Source of the DNA: Octopus bimaculoides
Lineage: Eukaryota
Reading direction: 5' to 3'
DNA: 61,587 nt
Assembly (NCBI RefSeq): GCF_001194135.2
Contig: NC_068990.1
Coordinates: 48,822,038-48,883,624, forward strand
Shown: positions 13,005 to 58,539 of the stretch, piece by piece
How the letters are laid out: every line of letters begins with the position of its first letter
Numbering within the stretch: the first letter of the stretch is position 1
Program-made: the position numbers and the translations under genes
The notes under the pieces: model-generated
Told to the model about the DNA's origin: nothing
The model's database searches: none
What the model saw: only the letters and a program-made list of their open reading frames with translations

Positions 13005-13150
13005 TTCTGAGGTCAAATTCTACCGAAGTCGACTTTGCTTTTCATCCTTTCGGGGTCAATAAAATAAGTACCCTTTGAGAACTGGAGTTGATGTAATCCA
13101 CTATCCCCCTCCCACAAAATTTCAAGTCTTGTGTCTATGGTAGAGAGAGA
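13005..13150 (+). mobile_element. SINE family A (3' portion) at the Gypsy truncation point
   Basis: GACTTTGCTTTTCATCCTTTCGGGGTC body and tail. Confidence 0.75.
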
Positions 13151-13229
13151 AAAATATTAGTAAACTTATGCAAAACTATTTAGATGTTTTTTTGTTTTGT
13201 TTTGTTTTGTTTTCACTATAAACATAAGA

Positions 13230-13440
13230 GCGAGCTGTTCGAATCGTTAGAGCGTCGATAAAAATGCTTTGCAGTTTTTGTTCCGGGTTTTTACATTCTG
13301 AGTTCAAATCCCACCGAGGTCAACTTTGCCTTTCATCTCTCTGGAACTGATAACATAAAGTATCTGTCAAGCACTTGGGTGGATGGTGCCGACTAACCTT
13401 CCCCAAAATTTCAGGCCTTGTACCTAAATCAAAGACCATA
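13230..13440 (+). mobile_element. SINE family A
   Basis: Head GAATCGTTAG, GAGTTCAAATCC B-box, family body. Confidence 0.75.
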
Positions 13441-14784
13441 AAATATAAAAACAAATCCTAAAAGATTTCCACTCTTTAGTCATATTAGATCATCATAACC
13501 GAGTCTTTCAAGTTACAATTTATTCTTCCAAAGATATAGCAACATAAGAATTCTGGACACATTCATGTCATTAATAAATATATGAATGCCTAGTTTTCTT
13601 CAGCACAAATGAACCGATTAAGTTTCACAAAGAGAGGGTGTAACCCAAGAATATTCCAATAAATAACTTAATATTGCTTGTGACCATTGATATTTCAAAT
13701 CTTAACTGCTGAGTCAACTATGATTTAGTAAGTTTAGATGAAATATATTATAACCGTTGATGCTTCAGCAAATCAAAATGAATTACTGACAGAACCAAAT
13801 TGTTTTCCTGTTGTCTAGACATATTGTCGCTAAACGACAATGTTGCTTCACTCTATTGAGAAAACCACTTTGCTTCTAAAACTCTGTTTATCACACATCA
13901 TGTCTTTCATATGCATATTTCATGTTTTACACCTGCTTACTCATCTATTAGCTATTTCGTTGGCGTCATTGTAACATACACCATAGAGATAGAAACCGGT
14001 TCAAGCATATCCGTTTAGTTAAACGTTTCGTTTGACTTCTAAGTTCTTTACGTTGTAGTTTTAATTAAGATTTGTTGTTGTTGCTGTTGTTAACTACTCG
14101 TGTCCGCCTGTACAAATATTAAACATGTTTTGTAAGTCGAGGTTACCATCCATTGTTCGAATTCTCAGAAGTAGTTCTCAAGAAAAGTAAAACAACATTC
14201 TTGTCGTTTAGTGGTAGTATGTCTAGAATACGGGAAAACATCTGACTCTGACCACATTTCATTTTAACTTGCTCAAGTATGAAGAACTATAATTTATTCC
14301 CTCTTAACTTACTAAATTATGATTCACTAAACAGCTAAAAGTTAAAACATCGATGTTTACAAATAATATAAAGTTGAATGGGGTATTCTAGAGCTATAGC
14401 CTATTTTCATTGTCTGTGCAATAAAACTAGATTTGTGCAGAGGAAAACTTGTGGTATTCGTTAGAGCTTTAGATATGACATGATTATTGTCCAGAGTTCT
14501 TATGTTGCTATGTCATAAATTGGAGCCAACAAGCCGAGAGCTCTGCATAACTTTCCTTTATGTTCTTCAACTTTTTTAAAGAGTATGGTGCGACATAATT
14601 GACAACGTGTGTCTACTGGAGTTGCGGTAGAACAATTCCTCTACTGATGACAGTTTCGCGCAGAAACGCGAGTCCAAACCTGTCCTCTTAATGGCATGTC
14701 AATTCCGGATAATTTCTTGATTCTTGAAAGCCGGTTGCTATTGTCACAGAGCCTTTGTTTGCCTTTTCTCGAAACAAAGATTTA

Positions 14785-15170
14785 TATCTATATACCCAGG
14801 CCTATTCCCCATTTTTTTACGAAGGGGTAGCCGCAACAAGACATACACCAGGCATTCCATTCATTTCCCAGCTCAAAGACGCGAGCCCCGTTCTATGCTC
14901 GAGTCAAGGCATTGAACGCAACCCCCAATATCAGCAATGGGGTCCGACAGCATATGCTGGCTCTGTACCCCTTTGAGCAACATCAAATTCAATCATCCGT
15001 CCATAAACACTCTCCAAGCTTTCCTATCATTTATAAACTCTCTTGCCTAACCACCAAAGCTTTCCTCACTCTATCCATCCACACAAACCGAGGTTTGTCT
15101 ACCACTTCTAGTCGCCTCCTTTCCGTCTCTCTCAGCCCCCGCGTCTCTACACCATATAACATTGTCGGCA
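14785..15170 (-). mobile_element. RTE-like LINE 3' fragment, internally deleted
   Basis: Minus-strand peptide VETRGLRETERRRLEV joined to KPRFVWMDRVRKAL. Confidence 0.5.
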
Positions 15171-17029
15171 ATGCTATATGGTGCAAAAAAAATTACCATC
15201 ACTTGTTTTCTATCTATCGATTTTTCGATTTCGGTTCAAAAAGAATTATCATTGCTTGTTGCTTTCCATATATTGTCGGTTGAATCTAAAATTGTCTCAT
15301 AATCTTATTAACTCAGTTTTTGAAATAATAGAAAACATTTTTTCAGTCTCAGTGGATATTCGACAATTTATTTAATTTTATTATCCTGAAAAAAATTAAA
15401 ATTTTTAACCCATTCAGATCTATAATATCACTTATGAACGTTTAAGTACCTGATGCGACAATGAGTTTAAATCAGACAACTGGAAAATAATATGTGTGGC
15501 AGAAACACAAAACTGTCATATTCCTCGTCTTCATCAGAATAATACTGAATGTTGAAGACATGTTGAACAGAGCCATCTGTAATAAAGATTTGTAAGAAGT
15601 CATATTCCACATCACTTGCAGTTTGGTATATCATGTAAAAAGTTATGAAAGTTACTCTTGAAATGGTAATCTTATAAAATTCTGACCTCAGTGTACGATT
15701 TTGCATGTGGTTATATTACTTTATAATCAATTCACTACATGAGCTACTTTAAGTCTTTACTGTGGCAGTGCTCCTCTTAGTTCAAAGTTTCGCAAAGGAA
15801 GGCTTCAACGTATTTTTTGAGAAGGTTTAGGGAATGGTTAGATTCCAGGATATATGAGCTTATCAATGTTTTCCACTTGTAAGGTGATATGTAGAATACG
15901 CACACCAATTTTTTTTTACCTCAAAAAATTTCTTCGAATTCCCATGTTTTCAACAACGGAGAATACGATTTTGCCCAACAAACACCTTTTCGAAATTTCA
16001 GTTTGCTCCGACTTTCAGAATAATCACCCGACCAACAACCTTCCAGAAACTCGTTCGTTCCTTTGCGCATGCGTGGATGCCTGCAGAGTGATACACAGTA
16101 GCCATGTGACAAGCCTCAATGTGGTCGCTCGACATGTTAAAAATAACAGCCAAATCTCCTCCAAATAACGCACCTCTAATGTCATAAAATGAAAGAAATC
16201 ATTGGATAATATAATCAAAAATATTCAAAAATATGGAGTTTGTGATTCCGAAAAATAATTTTCCCGGCGTTCTTTTTCTCGTTTAACATACAGAGCCTAA
16301 TTTTATTAAGAATTTCTACACAGACGTGGTTTTCGCGCATCTGTCTACGACAACCACAAACTTATTTTTTGCGAAATTAAGAAGAAAAAAGGAAAAAAAA
16401 ATATTTCATGAAAGAAAATGAAAGATATCAAATAAACATTAGCAATGAAATTTTGCGATGCACTACAAACACTAAACCTAATCCTTTACCCTATACAAGG
16501 CTTGGGCAACCTTTTTCGAGAAGCGTGCCGCATGGGACATGACTTATCATTTGACGAGACGCACAACAAATTCAAGGTAATTTTTCATTAGGTATGCCAT
16601 TCAGGAAGTCCCGCAGGTTACGTATGACCGTTCTAAATCCTAACCTTAAACCTCTAATCCTAATCTTTAATCTTAAATCCTAGATCTTAATCGTTAATCC
16701 GAGATCCGATCCCTAATCTCTTATTGTAAACCCAAACCCTAAACCCAAAACTTGATTGATGTTTATTTTATTGACTTTGGAAAGCTGAAAGTCAAAATCG
16801 ACCTCAGTAAGAATTGAACTTAAAACGTATGGTGATGTAAGAAAAAACTATGACTTGGCAATTCAATAAACGCCCGAGCTAAGCAGAAAATTTAGTATAG
16901 TTTCTCACAGACTGAATTTTTCACAACTGATTATATCGAGATAGGCAGTGGTTCTGAAGAGCTCCTGCACCCCTACCCGCCCAAAATATGAGAAAAAAGG
17001 TCCAACACACACACATTCCTTATTAATCC

Positions 17030-17238
17030 TTTCTAATATGGGCACAAAGCCTAAAATTTGGGTGAAGCGGGTAGTTGATTACATCGAACCCTGTATTTCA
17101 TTGATATTTATTTTATCGATTCCGAAAAGATGAAAGACAAACTCGGCCTCGACGAAATTTGAACTCAAAACTTAAAAAGTCAGAACAATTGTTGCGATGC
17201 ATTTTGTCCGACGTACCAACAATTCTGCTAGCTCGCCA
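17030..17238 (-). mobile_element. SINE family A
   Basis: Reverse-complement match to the family. Confidence 0.7.
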
Positions 17239-17550
17239 TAAGAAGATGAAAGAAAGCTTATTATCAGTATAATTCTTCTTTCTTCGCCGATGGAATTCTA
17301 CAAGTTTAAAGCCATCTTTTTTTATTAAGTACGGCTATTTCTCTGCTATATTTTTCAATCCTCAACGTCCCCTTTCCCGAGAAAAAACTCTAGAGTAGAG
17401 AAATCTACTTTTCTTTCCTTTTCGTTTTTCTTATGCATCCCAATTTGTGCAAGGCTAACATTTAAGATGTCTGAGGCGTTGCTAAATATACCAGTGAGAA
17501 ACTGCAAAATTATATAGAAATAATGTATTTATACTACACCTTACCTTAAT

Positions 17551-17760
17551 GCAGTGAGCTGGCAGAATCGTTACTGCTCCAGACAAAATATTTCGTAACA
17601 TTTCTTCTGACTTTACGATCTAAGTTCAAATACCACCAGGGTTCACTTTGCCTTTCATCCTTTCGGAGTTGATAAAGTAAGTACCATTTGAGCCGATGTA
17701 ATCGACTAACCCACTCCCACGAAACTGCTGGCGTAGAATCAAAATTTGAAACCAGTATTA
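17551..17760 (+). mobile_element. SINE family A
   Basis: GAGCTGGCAGAATCGTTA head, family body. Confidence 0.75.
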
Positions 17761-18552
17761 CACATTTCCTCTCGCTTTTCGTTGGATATTTACACCATGA
17801 ATGACAACTAACTTCCACAGCAATTCAACTGTTTTATCTTTTATCTTTTCCGGATAGTTTTCTGACTATATCGAAGTATATTATATGTGATATATCGAAG
17901 TGTGTTAGGCCTGATCTGATGGCATTTGATAAAATCATAATTGGAATGCTTTTGCAAGATACTTTAAAAGAGAGAGAGAGAGAAAGAGTGAGAGAGAGAG
18001 AGTTAACATACGTGAATACCGTTTAATTTATGTATTCTTTTTCTTCCATTTGGTCACTAAACTCTGCGACAGATGGATGCGGCAAAAATAATGCGCTGAT
18101 CGTGACATTAATGTCGCTTGTATAACTTGCTTAAGTGTTGACGAATAATAGTTTGCTACTTTATAATTTAAAATATACAGACCGTTGATGGCTCATCCCT
18201 GTCCATCTTAGAAGCTTAGTTTACCAGTCACGGTACAGTATTAAATAGTTTAAGGTGGATACGAGGCTGTTTGCAAATGATCTCCATTTTTCCTATGAAT
18301 TCTGCTCTTCATGATATCTGGCCGGATTTGACTTTTCTCCAAAACTGGACAACTAGAATTTAAAACTGAATCTTATGAGCCAACCATTACTTGCAAGCGA
18401 GTGTGGCTTGATAACATGGACCATGCCTTTCCTAATTGTTTTAGGTGCAGACATAGACACTCTCCCGACCCACTCACCATTTATCCAATGGAAGATTCTG
18501 GATAAAACAGCTAGAGGGGGAGAGGGCCACACCAGCAGTCGACTGGTCCTCA

Positions 18553-18692
18553 CTTTCTGCTGAGTAGACTGGACTAACAGGAAATAAATTACTTTGCTCA
18601 AGGACACAACGCGCTACCCATTCAAAGAATTGAACTTACCACCTTATTATTATGATCCAAACACCCTAACCATGAGGGTGTCATGTACCTTC
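18553..18692 (-). mobile_element. Diverged CORE-like SINE fragment
   Basis: TGGTTAGGGTG head, GTTCAATTC B-box-like motif, TTGTGTCCTTGAGCAA core-like motif. Confidence 0.5.
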
Positions 18693-19613
18693 AGTACAAA
18701 ATATAAAATAATCATTTATTGTTTTATGTCAATAAAATGTCTGTTTCCGATAATAATTGCAGCATGAGGGTATCGCGATGATGGTTTGGTTGGTGCAATG
18801 TGGAGCTGATAAATGAAGATATATTTCGTTGTCTACATGAATAATAACTGAAGCACACTCGCAAACATTTAACTGAAATATCTATCGCAAGAATAAAGAT
18901 GTTGGTGGTGGCTATTTACAAAGAACAACATAAATGTTTGCTGACTGCGGGAGAGATAGATTACTCTGAAATTAGAGAAAGCTATATGTGTGACAACATG
19001 CTGTCGGACCAAAACTAAACAAAGTCAACTGTGCAAATCACCATGGCGACTGAGGTTCTTGACAGTCTTCCTTTGGTCATCTGCACTCCAAGCTGCACGC
19101 CAAACGACTTTTATTGGAGACCGAAAGCCAAATTCTAAATTACTCGAGAAAATTATGTAACGCTACAGCCCCGTACTGATTGGTCAATCACGTGAAACTA
19201 TAGTGGTCCACTTGTGGTATCTGACCAACTATCTAGTGGTTAAGGTTTCGAATCACTGCTACAAGAGGAAAATAATGCCGATGGTGAATTGAAACCTTGT
19301 CCTGTATTCGGTTCACCGAGAATTTATTGTTTCAACTTATCACTCGTTACTGCAGCATGTACAAAAAAATTATTGTCTCTAGCATATGTAGAAGGCCCGA
19401 AATTGTGGTGGAGAGTTCAATCTCTCATATTAATTCAGCACTATGTGACTATTGAGAGTTTTTAAAAAATTGAGACATTGTAAATTTAGTATATCCAGTG
19501 GCTGAAAGGATGTGATTTGTATGTATGTACACAGGCATATGCAGTGAAACATGACAACTTTAACTTTTGCACCACTTTTCTTGCCCAGACTTACGTACGA
19601 CAAATAAATTCCC

Positions 19614-20200
19614 AAAATTCTCAATCTCCCTATTTTACCTTTATTCAAGCAATACCACAATTCAAACACGGATAAAGAAAATATATTTATACAAAAATAC
19701 AAACCAGGACTGAAATAACACCAGCAAGCTACACAAACACTAACCCACAGATATTGATGGAGATCTAACAAAATTTAATGACTACATACAAGCAATTCCT
19801 TCTCCACTCTACCATTTGGCATTAAATTTAGAGAAACATGATTCTTTGGGACTGTCACTAGACCACATTCACTCAGCCTTAGCTTTCGGTATAACAAATA
19901 TTGTCCCATGACACCAACGCATGGACGTAAGGGGAATTTACAAACATTTCTAAGCCTTATCACGTGATATCCTCTGCCAATGAAATTGTATCCTAAACAG
20001 ATACTAATTTGAGCCATATCTTTGCCATAAAAACAAGAGAATTTTCGAATTTCAATCAGAAGCAAGAGAGATAGCCTCACTTCTTTCTATCTCACTTAAC
20101 TTTTGAAAATATATATATACACGCTTGTGCATTTGTTTTGCAAGATTCCTGATGTGAAACCATGTATTGAAAGATATTGATATATTTGGGGCACTACATA
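19614..20200 (+). mobile_element. Penelope-like element 3' end (GIY-YIG C-terminus plus 3' UTR)
   Basis: ILPLFK...KENIFIQKYKPGLK* at 19614-19718; collapsed CCTGATG-TGAAAC core near 20148. Confidence 0.5.
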
Positions 20201-20220
20201 TTTGGTCTTCACTTCAGCTT

Positions 20221-20725
20221 TATTATTACTATTATTGTTATTATTTCTCTTTATCACAGGTTTTTGGAGCTCCTGGAGTTTTGCATGTGTAGCGGGCTTG
20301 CTACCTGCAGCCTACAGTACCACCTATCCGGTTTTTTTTTTTTTTTCACCTATCTAATACTTTCCTGATTATTCTGGCCTTGCCAAGGTAGCAAACCTTT
20401 TGTAACAGTTCTCCCAGGCACTCTATTCCAACTTCCTTTATATTCTTCTCGAAATCTTCTGATACTTTTCTCAAGGACCCAATAATAATTGGCACTATCT
20501 TCACCTTCTCCATTTTCCATAGCCGGGCTATTTTGTACTTAAGGGGGTTATATTTATCTGTCTTTTCGCCTTCCCTCTTGACTATTCCTGGGTCGAAGAG
20601 GCATGCAACATCAATTATGTAGCATATGTGGTGCACCTTGTCCAACACCATGAGGTCCGGTCTGTTATGCTCTAACACCTGATCTGTTTGGATTGGGAAA
20701 TGCCGCCCTTTGAAATCTTTCGTCA
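20221..20725 (-). mobile_element. RLE-type non-LTR retrotransposon 3' end (R4/Dong/NeSL-like)
   Basis: RPDLMVLD...IIDVAC...EKTDKY restriction-like endonuclease motif; (TAA)n-like tail. Confidence 0.8.
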
Positions 20726-20883
20726 CATTCTGTCTTTCAGAAAAACAAAATGAACTAAAGAGAACAGGAGACACGTAGGATGGAGATCAGTTGAAGAGGT
20801 TACAGGATATGTGACGAAAGATTTCAGACAAAGGACACTAAAATAAGACCGATTATGACTGTTCTATTCCTTCTTAAATATAT

Positions 20884-22228
20884 ATTTAACAAAACTGTAT
20901 AAAATCATTTTACTTCTACCAGTTTATGTAGAATTTTTTTTCTCTCCTTTAAATGATATAGGCATTATACATCTTTCTACAATTCGAATAATTTTAATGC
21001 GCAATTAATTCAAATGATTAGAAATAGTCGGCAAAATAAGTTTACGACCATACCGAGATTATGCAAATTAATAATCCAAATGGATGGTTATGGCTGGTCG
21101 TACAGCACTGTTTTGTTTAATAATCAAGCATTGTTACACATTAATTCGCTATGGGGAAGCGTCGTAGTATCAGCCCAGTTACTAGATCAAAGATCGTGTT
21201 GCTTCATCATCAAAATGTGTCCTTCATGAAGATTAGCAAGCAATTAGGATGCAGCAAAACGGCCTGTGTTCAATCATGGAAGCTTTACCAAGCCACTGGA
21301 AAATACAAAGATCGGCAAAGAACGGGCACTCAGAGAAAAACAACAGTACTGATGGAACGGCGAATTCATAGGCTTTCTGAAGGTAGCCGAAAGCTAACAG
21401 CAGTGGACATTTGCAAGCAATTATCTGATGAAACTGACATCAGCTTTACACCACAAACTGTCAGAAACCGCCTAAAAGAATTTAGAGTGTTCAGCTAGAT
21501 CGCTCGAAAGAAACCGACAATTTCTGAGACGAACCGGCGTAAGTGGATCAAGTTTGCTAAAAGCTAAATTGAATGGACGGCTGGTCAAAAGTACTTTGGA
21601 GCAACGAATCCCGCTTCTGCATCTTTGGATCAGACGGAAAAACTTATGTAAGATGCCGTCCAACTGAAGAATTCCTTCCTCAGTGTGTCAAGAAACCGGT
21701 GCAAGCGATTGTGTGGGGAGATAATGGTGTGGGACACGTTTAGCAGCTTAGGTGTTGGTCCAGTTAAGGGTGATGGCAGACTGAACAGTGTAAACTATCT
21801 GCAATTAGTAAATGAAAATGTGCTGCTATATTTAAATAATCAGATGCCACCGGGATCTATTTTCCAGCAGGACAATTGTCCTGTTCATAAAGCTAAGAAA
21901 GTTTTGCAATATTTTAAGCGCAATAATACAGTGGTTATTGAGAACTCCACAGCTGTTATAAGGCTGTGATTGAAAATAATGGCTATAGAACTAAATACTA
22001 ATAAATTTTTGTTTGTTGGTCATTTGCGCTGTAAATTTTCAATTCAAACAAAATAATGCTGGTACGGTATTAAACTTATTTTGCCGACAATTTTTAATCA
22101 TTTGAATTAATTGCGCATTAAAATTATTCGAATTGCAGAAAGATATATAACACCTGCATCATTCGAAGAAGAAAAAAATCCTACATAAACTGTAAAAAGT
22201 AAAATAATTCTATGTAGTTTTGTCAAAA
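20884..22228 (+). mobile_element. Tc1-like DNA transposon, defective, with ~180-bp flanking inverted repeats
   Basis: HTH ORF 21151-21498; WSKVLWSNESRF, MVW and FQQDNCPVH in shifted frames; the SPDLNPIE segment is deleted; IRs at 20884-21062 and 22052-22228. Confidence 0.85.
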
Positions 22229-23943
22229 CTAAATTAATGAATGGATAGTTTAGAAACACACCAGAGATGGTTTGTAGCCGAAGTTATTGCCTATCGATTA
22301 GATCGTTAAGAGTCGTTCTTTCAACTTTCTCTCGCATCATTTGCTATCTATTCTCAACGTGAAACTATGATAGAAGACACCAAAGACATCCAATAATGGG
22401 ACTGAATTGGAAGCTACATAATAGGGAGGCGAAATTCCAAGTAGTATGTCCATATCTGGAATTTTAACTGGCTGAATGTATACCGCTAAACATATCAATG
22501 ACTCACAGAACCCTTGGAAGTTCTACGTTTAATAACTGCAGATTACTAGTTCAAGGCTGTGAAGATTGGAAAAAAAAAATGGACAGATAAATCCATCATG
22601 TTCTTAAACTGGTCCAAAAATTGGTGAAGAAAGAATTATATAGATGCAATTTATTTTACCTTCTCATTAATAAAATGTGGAAGCCAAAAAAATTTCGCAT
22701 TTCATACATTTTCAGTTTGAAAAAACCACTCGTTAGTTGAAACGTTTTAGGGCATTTCCTTTACTTTTCTTGTGATGTACTCAACAAATGCACATTGTCT
22801 ACATGTATGCATAGGTGTAGGATAAATTTTTTTATCAAGGCCGGGTATTTGATAACAGTAAAAACAAAATCTTATTGGGTTTAAAAGGAACCTTAAGATC
22901 AACAATGACAGCAAATACTTTCAAGTGATTAAATATCAACACAATAAATATGAAGTCCAGCCAAATAATTTATTAATTTTTTTTTATTGAGGTTTTTTTC
23001 AAATATATACAAAAAAAATCATTATTGGTCTACCAGAAAAATAATGGGTTGGGGAAGATATTGACAACCAGCTAAAGACAAACCACAGGGCCCATATGCA
23101 AGAGGAAGTAAAATGGGTGGGGTATGTTAACAGGATTAGTAAGGAAATGGGCAAAGAAAGAAGGGACAAAAAGTGATTAACAAAACAAATGTCAAAAAAA
23201 AAATGTAAGCTTGAAAAAACAAAAAAAAACAAAAACAGTAAGTAATGAGCTATATTTTGAAGGAGTCTCAAAATTAATGTTTTGTTGTCAGCTATGTACA
23301 AGTTTTTATTAGATTTACCAACAATTTTTATCAACAAATATAAGATGGTAGGACTAGTCCAAATATCATTCTTATTTTATTTTTTCTATTTTGAACAGAC
23401 ACAAGGCCTCCATTGTTATGTTTGAAAGAGACAAAAAACATTAAGATACTGTGATGTTTGTGCCTTTCTCAAAAGAATTAGCAGTAAAAGTGAAATTGTT
23501 TCAATTGGAATTCAAAACGAACTTCTTGTTTATTACCAGAGGTTAAAATAATATGTAATAAATAATTAACAAAGGCATAAGGCCAGAAATTTGGTGAGGA
23601 AAGGTTAGTCAACTAAATCAACCCCAGTACTTGATCAGTACTTCATTTTAATCCCATAAAAATTCAAGGCATTGGATGATCTTGGCAGGATGTCAACCAA
23701 TGCTCTAGAGATTTTGCCAACCCACTGTCCTATATAATAATAGTTTTATTTTTAATAATTTCTAACAAGCACATAACCAGATGAGTATAGTTGATAAAAT
23801 CCAGCCAAATATTAGGATGATTAAATCAACCTTAAAGGACATATTTTGTCCAGTGCTCTTCTGATTCTACTACCCACCAACATTTTGATAAAAAATATGC
23901 TAATAAGTTTGTTCTCTCTCTATGTGTGTGTGTGTGTGTGTGT

Positions 23944-24344
23944 NNNNNNNNNNNNNNNNNNNNNNNNNNNNNNNNNNNNNNNNNNNNNNNNNNNNNNNNN
24001 NNNNNNNNNNNNNNNNNNNNNNNNNNNNNNNNNNNNNNNNNNNNNNNNNNNNNNNNNNNNNNNNNNNNNNNNNNNNNNNNNNNNNNNNNNNNNNNNNNNN
24101 NNNNNNNNNNNNNNNNNNNNNNNNNNNNNNNNNNNNNNNNNNNNNNNNNNNNNNNNNNNNNNNNNNNNNNNNNNNNNNNNNNNNNNNNNNNNNNNNNNNN
24201 NNNNNNNNNNNNNNNNNNNNNNNNNNNNNNNNNNNNNNNNNNNNNNNNNNNNNNNNNNNNNNNNNNNNNNNNNNNNNNNNNNNNNNNNNNNNNNNNNNNN
24301 NNNNNNNNNNNNNNNNNNNNNNNNNNNNNNNNNNNNNNNNNNNN
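23944..24344. other. Assembly gap
   Basis: N run flanked by (TG)n and poly-T. Confidence 1.
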
Positions 24345-24666
24345 TTTTTTTTTTTTTGTAAATCTCAGTCAAACTAGCACTGTATTCCCATGAAATTTTA
24401 AAATGTAAAGGATATAAGAATTTTGTCAAAAGTGAATTTTTTTTTTTTCAACTACAATATGATTTAGAAGTTAACATTTACAAACACTCTGGAATATTTC
24501 AAAAACAATTCCTTTGAATTTTTTTTTCATTTGTTTTTCTAATTCCTGATAATTATTTAAAATAAAAACTATAAAAAAAATCTTGGCAACTGTGTTTGTG
24601 TGTATTCATTGATTAATATCAATAGATAAATATAAAACCCAGCCTACATAAAAGGCAGCATGGTAA

Positions 24667-24672
24667 TTTATT
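24667..24672 (-). terminator. Putative RPB1 polyadenylation signal
   Basis: AATAAA about 170 nt after the stop codon, followed by U/GU-rich sequence. Confidence 0.5.
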
Positions 24673-24842
24673 TACAAATATATATGTATATACAAATGAA
24701 TTGTATTAATGATCAATTGGATCAGACATGTCTGTGCAGGTGTGTGTGTATATCAGTGTATTATATGATGAATGTCTAGTTGTGTGTATAAGTATATATG
24801 TATAGTTTCTGTAGTGTATGTTGGTCCTAATTCTCCATAAGC

Positions 24843-57088
<32,246 letters not shown>

Positions 57089-57129
57089 CTTCAGCTAAAA
57101 TGGCGCAACCTTCTACTCCGCTGCAATTT

Positions 57130-57160
57130 GACTGAACCGATTGCTTCGTCGCTTTATATA
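57130..57160 (-). promoter_or_regulatory. Putative RPB1 core promoter: TATA box plus initiator
   Basis: TATATAAAG at 57160-57152 and TCAGTC (Inr, A at 57133), 27 nt apart and about 45 nt upstream of the ATG. Confidence 0.55.
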
Positions 57161-58539
57161 CATATTCTAATTAGGGGTTTACACATACATTTCCACGGCG
57201 TTTTTCGATTTTTACCGTACCAGCTATTAAATAGTTTAATAAAACAATGAATTTTTTTTAAAAATAATCCAATGCTTTAATGACATTTAATTATTTTGTG
57301 ATATTATTTCTAATAAAAAAAAATAATTTAATTTTGTAAGTTATTAAATTTTTTGTATCACGTTCCCGGAAATGTACTGTGCTGAACTTTTTCAATCGAA
57401 AGAGACTAATCATCATCATCATCATCTAATCTTATGTAATTTTTCAATTTCATATACAACCAAATATTTAACATTTTTAGAAATTGGTTACATTTACCCA
57501 AACTTTTTTTTATTATTGTTAAATAATAGTCAAAATTTTTAAATTAAATGGTAATAGTCTATGATCTTAATGCATATTTAACTGTCATCATCATCGTCAA
57601 CAACAATAAACTGATAATAAAGCTTATATAGTTCAGTACTGTCTAATTTTTTTTTACAATATGTCAATGTTTTTGCATTATTCACATAACTACTTGTTTA
57701 TAAGTGTTTATTTTTACACCCAGATTATATCTTTAGTAAAATTTATTGTAACATAATTCCGTATAACATTGTCAATCATCATCAAGATTGTTAGATACGA
57801 ATAATGTGTTGATTAGTTATAACATTACACCAAATAGCTAATATGTATAGCATATGTATGTATAAAGCATTTGTTTTAATGTTAAGATAATGCTTTCAAA
57901 TTTTGGTACGATGCCAGCAATTTTAGAGGGGTTGGGGTAAGTCGACTACACTGTTCGACTTGTACTTTCTCCCGTCGCTTCCGACATATAAGACTCTAAG
58001 TCATTTTTACTTTTATTTTAGCTCTGATACCAATGTCTCTTATGAAACTTATACCAAGTGGCTGTTATAGTAGTTCAGATGGCCCAATTCATAGTTTTGT
58101 TTTTTGTTTGTTTTTTGCTTTATATCATGTTAACACATAAAACATGAGCCATGATTGTGACTGTCAGGCACAGGTCGCCAGGCCACGATCTTGGCCCAGA
58201 TAGATGCATTTAATTTATGGGCTTTTGTTGGGGGTCTAATATCACTCAAACGCTCCTATACCCCCCAGAATGCAAGAGGACTAATAGTTCAACTAATGAC
58301 TTTTCAGATGATGTAAAACTTGCTCCCATTATATACTAAGAAGATATTTTGACTATTTTTTGTTTTTTATGTGTGCATGGTAGTCTCATTTTCATAAAAT
58401 GTGTTCAGCAGTCCATGCTATGTAAGTGCAAATCCCAGCGCTTTATAGGTTAAACCTCCATTTGTTGCGATTCAATGCAGCTTTTCAAATGGTTCTAAGG
58501 TAATCTTTATCGTACATTTATACACATGTATGAATGTAC

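Noticed and set aside
1466-24429. ORFs containing X runs near 1.5, 4.6, 9.4 and 23.9 kb
   Set aside because: Artefacts of reading through N gaps.
1-24800. A second host gene downstream of RPB1
   Set aside because: All recognisable coding remnants are transposon-derived. Small exons cannot be excluded without RNA data.
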